Source: Azolla caroliniana
Taxonomy: Eukaryota > Plantae > Polypodiophyta
Direction of reading: 5' to 3'
Length of the DNA: 64,000 nt
Assembly (NCBI GenBank): GCA_043228905.1
Contig: JBHGNT010000020.1
Span: 3,472,001-3,536,000 of the forward strand
This document shows, piece after piece, positions 1 through 11,145 of the stretch. The notes under the pieces are model-generated. The model worked only from the letters and a program-made list of their open reading frames with translations. It had not been told where the DNA came from and ran no database searches. How positions within the stretch are numbered: position 1 is the stretch's first letter; the number at the start of each line of letters is the position of its first letter. The translations under genes and the position numbers were made by a program.

Positions 1-2
1 AT

Positions 3-437
3 ATCATCTTCTAGATTGGCAAACGGTTGATCTTTATCCAAACAAGCATAAAAGTTAGAATCTTGATGAGGAATGTAACATCCAACAACAAAAGTGGGCA
101 AATCATTAGGTGTTTCTATTTTGAGCCATATGTAGCATTTATTTTCATCATTTTTTATGATTGACACATATTTCTCTGTTTCCTTCTTAATCAAACATGC
201 CACCCCTCCTTGTCCTCTTCTTTGTCTTGGATTTTTCTTCCATATCAAAGAGTGTACATTATAGTTTCCTAAACCTTGAATCCTTTGAGTATCATGCTCC
301 CATGTTTCAACAAGAAGTGTGATATCCGAGTCATTGGTGAACTCCTCTATGCCAAATCCCGCATTCCATGGGTATCCATTGCAATTCCAAAAGCATAGTC
401 GTAAAAGGCGTGGGTTAGTCTCATAGATCACGTGTCC
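3..437 (-). CDS. LINE ORF2 N-terminal APE endonuclease (partial, no in-frame ATG)
   Basis: Manual translation: GHVIYETNPRLLRLCFWNCNGY...DITLLVETW...RGQGGVACLIK...IWLKIE...VGCYIPHQDS; open to window edge. Confidence 0.85.
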
Positions 438-1307
438 CTATTTGCCTACATTTCCATCTTTAGGCACATCCTTAACCTTGTTTTTCAATCTTTCTTCATA
501 TGCTTTACGACGAGCATTTTGTTGTGAGATAGTACGATCTTCACTCACAAAGCATTGTGTACCTTTGAGGTATACCCAACTATTTTCGAGTATGATCCGC
601 CGCTTTGTATCATCTGTCATTGTGCATACAATAGGCCTTTCTCCGGAGCGAGTAACACCATGTTTCCCAACTCGGTGTGCCCCATATACATTCACATCTG
701 ACATCCCATAATGCATGCTAAAAAATTCACCAATGGCCTTTCCAAGGGATGCGGGTGTTTCCATACTCTCTTCTTTAATCCCACGGACGACAATGTTCTT
801 TGATCGTCGTTCGCGTTCTTTCAATTCTCGGACATCTATGCTTTCTATATTCTTCTCTTGATGCATCACATGCATATTATATGAGTTTGATAACACATCC
901 CCACCACATACATCGGCCCATGACTTCGTTGTACATACATTTTTCATCTCACTTACATCCCGCCTCATTGTATCCAATTTTTCTTCTTTTAATGCTTCCT
1001 TTAACTCAATCTTGTTAAGGCGCTCATTTGTTTCAAATGAAGCTCTTTTACATTCTTGAATCTCTTCTTGAAGTTTTGCAACCACTTGTTTAAGACTTTC
1101 ATTCTCAATGACAACACTTTGGAGCTTAGTATTCTCTTTCATTAACATCCTAATCTCTTCACCTTGCTTGTTTATGGTTTCTTGAAGAGAAATCAAGTGA
1201 CTCATAAGCATTTTGTCCATTGCATTAGAATCGAGATTTGTTGGTGATCTCGGCTCATTATCAATCATACCCCCAAACTTTGCGGCGGTTTTACGAGTAT
1301 TTGCCAT
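438..1307 (-). CDS. LINE ORF1p (coiled coil + RRM-type, Transposase_22-like)
   Basis: Coiled-coil N-half, then ERERRSKNIVVRGIKE...AHRVGK...RPIVC...VSEDRT, typical of L1/CR1/RTEX-type ORF1. Confidence 0.8.
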   Translation of the reverse strand: MANTRKTAAKFGGMIDNEPRSPTNLDSNAMDKMLMSHLISLQETINKQGEEIRMLMKENTKLQSVVIENESLKQVVAKLQEEIQECKRASFETNERLNKIELKEALKEEKLDTMRRDVSEMKNVCTTKSWADVCGGDVLSNSYNMHVMHQEKNIESIDVRELKERERRSKNIVVRGIKEESMETPASLGKAIGEFFSMHYGMSDVNVYGAHRVGKHGVTRSGERPIVCTMTDDTKRRIILENSWVYLKGTQCFVSEDRTISQQNARRKAYEERLKNKVKDVPKDGNVGK

Positions 1308-2023
1308 TGTAGGGACAAACCGTACGGGAAAAGAGAGACAAAGAGGGAAGGAGAGAGAATGTACCTTTCACTCGATTTAGGGCTTCAAAATCTACCTTCC
1401 GTTTGAGGAACCGTGGGGCAAAGATGGCTGCGGATGAAAATGCTCATAACTTCTCGCCACGGTAACGGAATTCAGTAAATGAACATTCTTTAGAAAGCTC
1501 TCTCAAAGAGCTTTCCAACGAGCTATAGAACGTAGAAAACGATGGCCGAAGTGAACTTACAGAGAGCTTTGAAAGAGAGAGAGAGAGAGAGAGAGGGGTA
1601 CAAGTGATGAGAGTGGTCGGCTATGCACACTTTGCCCTAAACAAGTTCGCGAGTCTGAGTATCACACTTTGATACAATGCTCTGCCTTTGACCATATTCG
1701 ACCATGCTTTCCACATCTCTTCGATCGAGCCCAATCTTTGCATGAATTCCTCTCACAACCACAATGTGCACTCTCGATTGCAACATTCATTGGTAAAGTT
1801 CTTGAACATCGAGAGTCACTACTCACTTTCACACGTATCACGTGAAATGTAATATTTTTGGTCTCATAGGTCATATTTGATCTCCGAAGACGATAATATA
1901 ATCTATCTATCTATCTATCTCGGGATGACACACCCGAAACCGCTGGTCCCAACGTTCCAGTTCCGCGATCGGTATCTCGGCCTCGTCCTTGGTCGTTCTA
2001 TCTCCGCAAGTCGAGAGGGCGTT

Positions 2024-2878
2024 TTATTCTGCACCCTCTCCCGTGGTACCATCGTACCGATCTTCCGCCGTCGCGTGGGGCAAGTCCGTCTCCTTGGTCT
2101 CAGCTTCCGGCCTTGATCTTCCCTCTTCCTCGAGCATCGCTTTGAGAGCTGTGTACGCCTCCACAATCCTGGCCCCAACGCCGATCCTTGCCAACTCCCT
2201 TTTCCGTTCGGCCTCTTCCTGCTGTGATGGCACGCCGTCGCGTACCTTCCTCGTAGCCTTCTCGGCTCGCTCGTTGTCTAGCCGTTGGCACACCCTTCCG
2301 ACCTTCGCCCAGTCCTCCGTAAGCCCATTCGCTCCATCAGCGTCTTCGAGTTCAATCCCGATGGCTTCCCGTTCCGCTCGGTCGATCGACCTGACGAACA
2401 ATAGGACCTTGTCTGCCCCCACCAAACCTTGTTCCCGCTCCGGGAGCCGAGCAAGCCGCCGCTCGAACTCTCGGAACGCCTTCGTTGCACCCCGATGGGT
2501 TTTTGCCGTTGCTACCCACTGGTCGAAATCGTGTTGTCCCCGGCTCTTTCGCCGTGCTCCGTATGCCTTCAAGAGCGCCTCTTCGAAGGCCTCCCACGAA
2601 CTATGAGCCTCACAGAGCTCCTTCACTTCCGCATGCATTCGGACAGCTACGACCCGACGAAAGAACTCCAGCCTCAACGCCTTGTCTACGCCACGCTCCT
2701 CCATTTCCGTGTTGTAGGCTTCTAGGTAAGATGGGACTTTGTCCCCGTTGAAACGGCCGACTCTTTCGACCACTCGCTCAACCGCTTGTTGCGCTGCTTC
2801 TCGCCTCATCACCACTCGTGCCGACTCCAACACCACTTCGGCCACCATCTCCGCAAGGTCGTCGTCTTCCGACTCCAT
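2024..2878 (-). CDS. Gag-like protein of element H
   Basis: VGRFNGDKVPSYLEAYNTEMEERGVD...DKVLLF...GLTEDW aligns with G gag VGIFEGINLTKFLKIYNEEMLKRGVD...DKVILF...GLTEDW. Confidence 0.8.
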   Translation of the reverse strand: MESEDDDLAEMVAEVVLESARVVMRREAAQQAVERVVERVGRFNGDKVPSYLEAYNTEMEERGVDKALRLEFFRRVVAVRMHAEVKELCEAHSSWEAFEEALLKAYGARRKSRGQHDFDQWVATAKTHRGATKAFREFERRLARLPEREQGLVGADKVLLFVRSIDRAEREAIGIELEDADGANGLTEDWAKVGRVCQRLDNERAEKATRKVRDGVPSQQEEAERKRELARIGVGARIVEAYTALKAMLEEEGRSRPEAETKETDLPHATAEDRYDGTTGEGAE

Positions 2879-2915
2879 CCTCCCTTGCCGCCTTTCACGT
2901 CTGGTTCACCAAATA

Positions 2916-3042
2916 TGTCACGTTGTTACGCGCGTGCGTGGAGAAAGGCGGGACCACAGGGGTCTTGGACGAGAGAGTGATGGAGCGTAGGGAGTCGTGC
3001 TTCACTGTTTCTGGGGCATCCCAGAAACACACCGGAAGCAAC

Positions 3043-3113
<71 letters not shown>

Positions 3114-3701
3114 CTTAACACCAACTCACGCACACGCAGCTCAACCCGACTCACGCCGTATGTACAGAAAACGCAGGAGAGGGTAAACACCCGACGCCAA
3201 CAACGACGCGAATATACACAGACAAACATAAACGTATATGTATGTATATATATATGAAGAATACATTCCCGGCTTCGAGCCGGACTGAGGTAGGTTACAG
3301 AAGTCGTCTGCTGCCAAGCCGCCGTCGGGGAGCTCTCAGCTCGTCGCGCCGAGCGGGGTCTTGCACAAGAGGCCTAACCAAAGCAAACCCTAAGCAAAAC
3401 ACGAAGGAGAGAGAAGAAGAACCAAACTCTAAACCTAACGGTATACCCTCTAATGCAAAATGGGCAACCCTTTTATAAAGGGCGTTCCCTTCCTTTTATA
3501 GAACAAGGAAAGGGAGGCATTACAATGCGGGACAAATCCCGATTTACATGGGATCGTCTGTCCCGACTTAACTACTCTTCGGCGCCATAAAGGCGCCCTC
3601 GACATTCACACTAAATGTACACGGGTGCGTACACACGCTGCACCCCGCCGATGTAGCCAATGTTTCCCGGTTTCCACCTTTGGCCGAAATTCTTCACGAC
3701 A
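2916..3701 (-). repeat. 5' LTR of element H, contains a (GA)n tract at about 3047-3110
   Basis: TG...CA termini, adjacent PBS. Confidence 0.8.
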
Positions 3702-4461
3702 CCGTATCCGGAATGTCCGAATAGTTTAACACTTCACTTTCCGCCATGAGCACAACTTTACTACATTGTGATTGTACGGTTATGATCGGCCGTGGCACGT
3801 GAATGAGTTCCAATGTGGAAGTGGGTTCCGTGGGGGCGAAATCTTCGACCCGCACAGTTGTATCTTTTACCAGTCCGCACCCGTCCTTCCTGTCCAGTCG
3901 TCAACACTTAGGCCTAGGACTGCCTCGATTCGGCTCTTGCTCATCCTGCTTGGCCGTAGTTGGCGCTTCCGCGGAGTCGACATGGTTAGTCTATAGCTCC
4001 TCTTGTGTCGGAGTTACTTCGGTGGTGGAAGGGTTCGGTTCTTCCTCCCATTCCATTTCGCGGACCGAGGTGGAGGCGTGGGTCTGGTTGTGTCCAGGGC
4101 GGGAAGTCCTCGGGGAGGGAACAGTACGGTTAAGTACTATTGTATTGTTGAACGCAGCTTTTTCCCAGCCTGAAATGCGTGAAGGCCTTCCCTTAGCATT
4201 GGGCCCGTGATTACCCCCTAGTCGACAGAGCGGCCTTCAAATGTGTCAATGACGATGCCGGCTTTCTACTTTGGCATCTGGTAGGCGTTTACGTGGACAC
4301 AACCGACTTCCAACAAGAACTTCGCTACCTCCTGAAAAAAGGAATTCGGGATATCCTTTGTCCTATACACCTTGGTGGAGGTTGAATACTCTCCGAAATA
4401 TTTCTCCAAGGCTTATGTGGGGGGAATTTCGAAGTGTTTTATGCCTGTTGCGGTCAAGTCC
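3702..4461 (-). pseudogene. Remnant of the D/E-family accessory ORF (host of Copia A), left part
   Basis: Translates as ...LEKYFGEYSTSTKVYRTKDIP..., homologous to 50947-51570 and 37215-38267; joins 27934 across TSD AGTCC. Confidence 0.7.
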
Positions 4462-5808
4462 TGTCAGGAACTCAACGCTCCTTATGTGCAACGCTCGGCC
4501 ACAACCGAGCTTCTTTTCATACACAGAAAATGGGAAACAAATGCACGACACAAAGGAGAGAAAAAAAAAGGTAGACAGGATGTTTACGTGGAAAACCCAA
4601 ACTGCGGGAAAAAACCACGGCAGCCCACAGGCTGCAAACTATCACTATATTGGAATGTACAAACAGTGAGTTCACGGAGGCAACGACCTCGTGCTCACGA
4701 TCTTCGCCACAGGTGGCGGTTACAACACAGGCAACGACCTCGTTCTCTCACTCTCTCTCTCTGTACAGTTACGCACACTAATCTCATGCAAAAATAGGAA
4801 AAAATGACAACAACAACAAAAAAGTTTGCCCTAAGTCATATTATACTAATATGACTTTTCGGCTATTTACAAATATAGCCTCGATGAACTCTCAGAAAAC
4901 ATATTTACGAATATGTCTCTTCATCCGGTTCATACCGGGTCTGCACCATCCGGCTATCCGTAGCCGAGTACTCCTCATCCGGCTCTCCGTAGCCAGGTAC
5001 TCCTCATCCGGTCTTCACCGAGTCTGTATCATCCGGCTCTCCGTAGCCGGGTACTCCTCATACGGTTTCGGCCTCGGCACTGTTCATCTCCCTTCCCATC
5101 CGGAGGGACCTGTCTCCCAACAAACTCCCCCTTCACTCCGACATGGGGTGTCTTACCAGTCTGATCCTCTTCCGGCATGCGTCCAGCTTGTCGGGTGTCA
5201 GCACTTTGGTCAGCATATCTGACCCGTTCTCGGCCGTGTGGATCTTCGTCAGTGCGAACTCCTGGTCCTCTACTCTTTCCCGGATCCAGTGATATCTCCG
5301 TTGGATATGCTTCGTCCGGGAATGGTAGGCCGCATTCTTAGCAAGGTGGTTGGCACTTTGACTGTCGCAATAGAGTCGGTATTCATCTTGCCGGATACCG
5401 AGCTCTCCGATGAAGTCCTTCATCCATAAGATTTCCTTGCCGGCTTCCACAGCTGCCATGTACTCCGCCTCCGTGGTTGACAATGCAACCGTCTTCTGCA
5501 GCCTCGACTGCCACGAAACACCTCCCCCTGCATACGTCATTACATACCCGGATGTAGACCGGCTGGTATCCACATCAGCCGACATGTCCGAATCGGTGAA
5601 GCCGTCCAGTTGAGGTTTTCCGGAGCCGAATCGGAGACACATATTTGAAGTGCCCTTCAAATACCGGAGTATCCATTTGACCGCGTTCTAGTGCTCCTTG
5701 CCGGGATTGCTCATGAACCGGCTCACCACTCCGACTGCGTATCCTATATCCAGTTGGGTACACACCATTGCGTACATCAAGCTCCCGACGGCAGAGGCAT
5801 ATGGAATC

Positions 5809-8800
5809 TGTTGGGATTACGGTCCCTTCGGATGGGATGGTCAGATATCGGAGATGAATGCCGACCAGCCCGGTTTCGGTTTCGGAACCGGATGATGAAG
5901 ACCCCGACTTCGGAGCCGGATGACGAATGTACCCGGAGAGAGATCCGGATGCAGGGACATATCCGTGAATATGTCCGCTAAGGGCCCCTGAGGCTATAGT
6001 TGTAAATAGCCCCAAAGTCATATATGTATAAATATGACTTAGGGCAAATAGTTTTGAAGCTGCTAATCATTTTTCTGTTTTTCCACTCAAGAGGAGTGAA
6101 GAGGGAGCAGCCGTGAGAGAGAGAGAGAGAGATAGAGCGTGAGAGAGGAAGAGGACTACGCCTCTGTGTATTTCCGCCGCCTGTGGCGAGGACAGCGAGC
6201 TCAAGATCGTCGCCTTGCAGCTCGCCATTGTGTACTTCTCTTTGTATAGTGTTGGTTTGGAGTCTCGTACTCCCGTGGTTTTTCCCATCTAGGGTTTTCC
6301 ACGTTAATCCCTGTGTATACGTGTGTTTCTCTCTGTGGTTCCTATTTTCTGCTGCATTGATTCGCGATTACTCGGTTGTGGCCGAGTGGTGAAGGTCAAT
6401 CGAAGCGTCGATTCCCAACAAACTGGTATCAGAGCGGGTTGCTGCAGAAAATGGAAGGCGGCGGCAGCGGGCAGCCGGGGATGATGGTGCTGACTGCGCA
6501 GAATTACGCCGACTGGAAGATCAAGATGGAGGATCTTCTGATTGTTCGGGACCTGTACGAACCGATTGACAGGTCGGAAATACCGAAAGGGGTACTTGAG
6601 TCGGAATGGAGGCTTCTGAACCGGAAAGCCGTTGCAACCATTCGGCAATACGTCGACGTGAGCGTTCTACAACATGTGGCGAACGACACCAACGCATATG
6701 AGATGTGGCGGAAGCTGTCGAGCCTCTACGAGAGGAAGAATGCGTTGAACCGGACCTCCCTGATGAGGAAGATAGTGAATCTCAAGTACCGGGACGGCGA
6801 GAGTATGGTGGAACACGTAAGCACGTTCATGGGATTCGTGAATCAGCTTGCGGCGATCAAGTTCCCGTTGGAGGATGCAATGCAAGCCATCATCCTGATG
6901 TGTACATTGCCGGAAAGCTGGGAGAACTTGGTGGTGACTCTCAGCACCTCCTGCACCGAAGACAACTTGTCCTTACAAACGGTAAAGACAAGTATTTTGA
7001 ACGAAGAAGCGCGTCGGAGAGACAAAGAACCGGCCTCCGACTCGAAGGCGCTGCTTACCGAATCGGATCGGGGAAGACAATGGAACCGGAGTCCGCAAAG
7101 ACGGGAGAATCGGGGACCCGGTCGCAGTCAAGAGGAAGGCCCACATGCTTCCACTGTGGTAAACCGGGGCACTTCCGAAAGAATTGTCGGCATTACCGAA
7201 AAGACAACGGAGCCGACGACACCGATTCAAAGAAGTCACCGGAGAGAAACGGTGCATACCGGGGAGCCACGGACCGGAGAGGTTCGGATCGGCGAGGGCA
7301 GGACCGGAAAGGAACAACGGCACTCGCGGCAAGTGAGGAAGAAATCATGCTCATCACCGAAGAAGGTGAACTAAACGTTGCCGGCGATGAGACGACCTGG
7401 GTGGTCGATTCCGGAGCATCGTTCCACCTGACCCCGGAGAGAAGATACTTCTCATCCTACACAGCCGGTGAGCATGGCTGTGTTCGGATGGGAAATGAAG
7501 GTACGTGTCGGATTGCCGGCATAGGAGACGTGTGGTTGACAACCCCGACCGGATGCAAAATGCTGCTGAAGGATGTCCGACACGTTCCGGAGGTTCGATT
7601 GAACCTGATTTCGGCCGGGAGGCTAGACGATGAAGGCTACGCAGGTAGCATCCGGAACGGCGTAATGAAGTTCAGCAAGGGGAGCCTGATAGTGGCTCGG
7701 GCCCGGAAAGACAACACACTGTACCTGATGAATGCCCGGTTATGTCCGGAAGAACTGAATGTGGCAGCCGACACTGCCGGTGAGCTGTGGCACAAAAGAC
7801 TGTGCCACATGAGTGAGAAGGGGATGAAGAGGCTTGCAGAAGACAACCTTATCCCAGTGAAGCATGTGCACCTGGAGAAGTGCACCGATTGCCTGGCCGG
7901 TAAGCAGAACCGAACCTCCTTCCACTCAAGGCCACCGACGAGACGTAGCGCACCATTGGAGTTGGTGCACACTGACGTGTGTCAGGTAGAGACGAAGTCA
8001 CATGGCGGAGCCCAGTACTTCGTAACATTCATCGATGATCATAGCCGAAAACTGTGGACGGCACCGATGAAGACAAAGGACCAAGTGTTGTGCGTCTTCA
8101 AAGAACTCCACGCGAGAGTGGAAAGGGAATCCGGCAAGAAGCTGAAAGCGATACGAGCGGATAACGGAGGGGAATACCGGGGGCAGTTCGCGGAGTACTG
8201 TCGCTCGAAGGGAATCCGACTCGAGTTTACTGTGCCGAAGACGCCGGAACTGAACGGGCTGGCCGAGAGGATGAACCGGACCATAATGGAGAGGGTCCGG
8301 AGTATGCTGGCGCATGCGAAATTACCCAAGGGATTTTGGGCTGAGGCAATGTCGACGGCGACATATGTGATAAACAGATCACCCTCAGTACCTTTGGACG
8401 GAGACACGCCGCAGAGAGTGTGGACCGGTAGGGAAGTATCCTACCGGCATCTGAAGGTGTTCGGGTGTCTCGCATACGTGCATGTGGCAAAGGACCGGAG
8501 AGGAAAGCTAGATCCAAAGACCCGGCCATGCATATTCCTCGGTTACGGCGACGACGAGTTCGGCTACCGAGTATGGGACCCGGTCGACAAGAAGATATTC
8601 AGGAGTCGAGACATCATCTTCATGGAGGACGAGACCCTCGCCGACTGGGAGTCGGAGAAGAAGATGAAGAGCTCCAAGTCGACCGGTGAGGATCAACTCT
8701 ACGAGGAGCAGTCCCGACCGGCAAGGGACCGGTTAGCACTCGAGGATCCGGCCGAAGACGGTGAAGAAACAGAACCGGCCGAAGAAGATGAAAATGATAC

Positions 8801-11145
8801 CGGAACCGGCCCCGATCCCGAAATGGATTCGGATGAAGAAGAATCGGAAGAACCGGTTACCGAAGCTCCGGAACGGAGATATCCTCTAAGAGAGAGAAGG
8901 GCCCCCCGGAGATTTCCGGATCCAGAGCACGTGCTGCTAACCGACGAGGGGGAGCCGGAGAGCTTTGAAGAAGCAAAGCACGACACCCAGAGCCGCAGGT
9001 GGTTGAGTGCCATGCAGGACGAGATGGATTCCCTGCATGAGAACCACACATATGAACTTGTGGAGTTGCCGAAAGGAAAGCGGGCACTTCGAAACAAGTG
9101 GGTGTTCAAGCTGAAACCGGGAGATGCCGGAAACCCCCCGAGATACAAAGCCAGGATCGTGGTGAAGGGGTTTCAGCAGAAGAAGGGCGTCGACTTCGAC
9201 GAGATATTTGCCCCGTTAGTGAAGATGACCTCCATCCGGACGGTGCTGAGCATAGCGGCAAGCATGGACCTCGAGGTAGAACAGATGGACGTGAAGACGG
9301 CATTCCTTCACGGTGACCTCGATGAAGAGATCTACATGCAGCAACCGGAAGGATTCGAGAAGAAAGGGAAGGAGCACCTGGTATGCCGGTTGAAGAAGAG
9401 CCTTTACGGACTGAAGCAGGCTCCCCGGCAATGGTACCGGAAATTCGACTCCTTCATGACCGACGAAGGGTACCTCAAAACGCAGTCCGACCACTGCGTG
9501 TTTGTGAAGAAGTTTGAAGGAGGAGACTTCCTAATACTCCTCCTGTACGTGGACGACATGTTGATCGTCGGACGGGACCAGGTCAAGATACGGATGCTGA
9601 AGAAGGCTCTTCACCGAACCTTCTCAATGAAGGACTTGGGTCCGGCGAGGCAAATACTAGGGATGCACATCATCCGGGACCGGAAGAAGAAGCAGTTGTG
9701 GCTGTCACAGGAGAAGTACGTGACGAAGGTGCTTCACCGCTTCAACATGTCGGAAGCAAGACCGGTCGGATCGACCCTCCCGGCTAACTGCAAGCTGTCC
9801 AACAAGCAAAGTCCCAAGACAAAGGCTGAAAAGGAGGATATGATGAAAGTGCCGTATGCCTCAGCCGTCGGGAGCTTGATGTACGCCATGGTGTGTACGA
9901 GACCGGACATCGGATATGCAGTCGGAGTGGTGAGCCGGTACATGAGCAATCCCGGCAAAGAGCATTGGAACGCGGCCAAGTGGATACTCCGATACCTGAA
10001 GGGCACGGCAAATGTGTGCCTCCGATTCGGCTCCGGTAAGCCCGAACTCGACGGCTTTACCGATTCGGATATGTCGGCTGATGCAGATACCAGCCGGTCC
10101 ACATCAGGGTATGTGATGACGTATGCAGGGGGAGCTGTTTCATGGCAGTCGAGGCTGCAAAAGACGGTTGCGTTGTCAACCACGGAGGCGGAGTACATGG
10201 CGGCTGTTGAAGCCGGCAAGGAAATAATATGGATGAAGGACTTCATTAGAGAGCTCGGCATCCGGCAGGAGGAGTACCGACTCTACTGCGACAGTCAGAG
10301 TGCAATCCACCTTGCGAAGAACGCGGCCTATCACTCCCGGACGAAGCACATCCAGCGAAGATATCACTGGATCCGGGAAAGGATAGAAGACAAGGAGTTC
10401 GTGCTGACGAAGATCCACACGGACGAGAACGGGTCGGATATGCTGACCAAGGTGCTCACACCCGACAAGCTGGAAGCATGCCGGAAGAGGATCGGATTGG
10501 AAATACATCCCATGCCGAAGTGAAGGGGGAGTTTGTTGGGATTACGGTCCCTTCGGATGGGATGGTCGGATATCGGAGATGAATGCCGACCAGCCCGGTT
10601 TCGGTTTCGGAACCGGATGATGAAGACCCCGACTTCGGAGCCGGATGACGAATGTACCCGGAGAGAGATCCGGATGCAGGGACATATCCGTGAATATGTC
10701 CGCTAAGGGCCCCTGAGGCTATAGTTGTAAATAGCCCCAAAGTCATATATGTATAAATATGACTTAGGGCAAATAGTTTTGAAGCTGCTAATCATTTTTC
10801 TGTTTTTCCACTCAAGAGGAGTGAAGAGGGAGCAGCCGTGAGAGAGAGAGAGAGAGATAGAGCGTGAGAGAGGAAGAGGACTACGCCTCTGTGTATTTCC
10901 GCCGCCTGTGGCGAGGACAGCGAGCTCAAGGTCGTCGCCTTGCAGCTCGCCATTGTGTACTTCTCTTTGTATAGTGTTGGTTTGGAGTCTCGTACTCCCG
11001 TGGTTTTTCCCATCTAGGGTTTTCCACGTTAATCCCTGTGTATACGTGTGTTTCTCTCTGTGGTTCCTATTTTCTGCTGCATTGATTCGCGATTACTCGG
11101 TTGTGGCCGAGTGGTGAAGGTCAATCGAAGCGTCGATTCCCAACA
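5809..11145 (+). mobile_element. Ty1/Copia element B, young full-length insertion in the RT of A
   Basis: 612-bp LTRs 5809-6420 and 10534-11145, about 2 differences seen; PBS TGGTATCAGAGC 6424-6435; PPT before 10534; TSD GAATC/TAATC. Confidence 0.97.
6451..10523 (+). pseudogene. Copia B gag-pol with a single 1-bp frameshift near 7109
   Basis: Gag (MEGGGSG...) shifts into the 6705-10523 frame; compared with C one G is missing (GAGAA-TCGG); zinc knuckle, PR, INT, RT and RH otherwise intact. Confidence 0.9.

Larger units (their letters stand above)
1..1600 (-). mobile_element. LINE (non-LTR retrotransposon), 5' portion; continues beyond left edge; 5' boundary approximate
   Basis: ORF1 followed directly by an APE-endonuclease reading frame. 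Confidence 0.85.
1920..3701 (-). mobile_element. Truncated Ty3/Gypsy element H (5' LTR + tRNA-Trp PBS + gag), same lineage as G
   Basis: LTR 2916-3701 starts TGTCGTGAAGAA like G; PBS TGGTGAACCAGACGTGAA at 2894-2911; left end approximate. Confidence 0.85.

Noticed and set aside
1915-1935. Possible LTR start (minus strand GGGTG-TGTCATCCCG) as the 3' LTR of H
   Set aside because: It does not match the 5' LTR of H and no partner end or TSD was found
6705-7110. N-terminal extension of the 1272-aa ORF as real protein, or a programmed frameshift in Copia B
   Set aside because: Sister element C is continuous here; B has a 1-bp deletion, so the extension is out-of-frame gag sequence
6973-10508. Many antisense and alternate-frame ORFs over Copia pol
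   Set aside because: Expected shadows of GC-rich coding sequence
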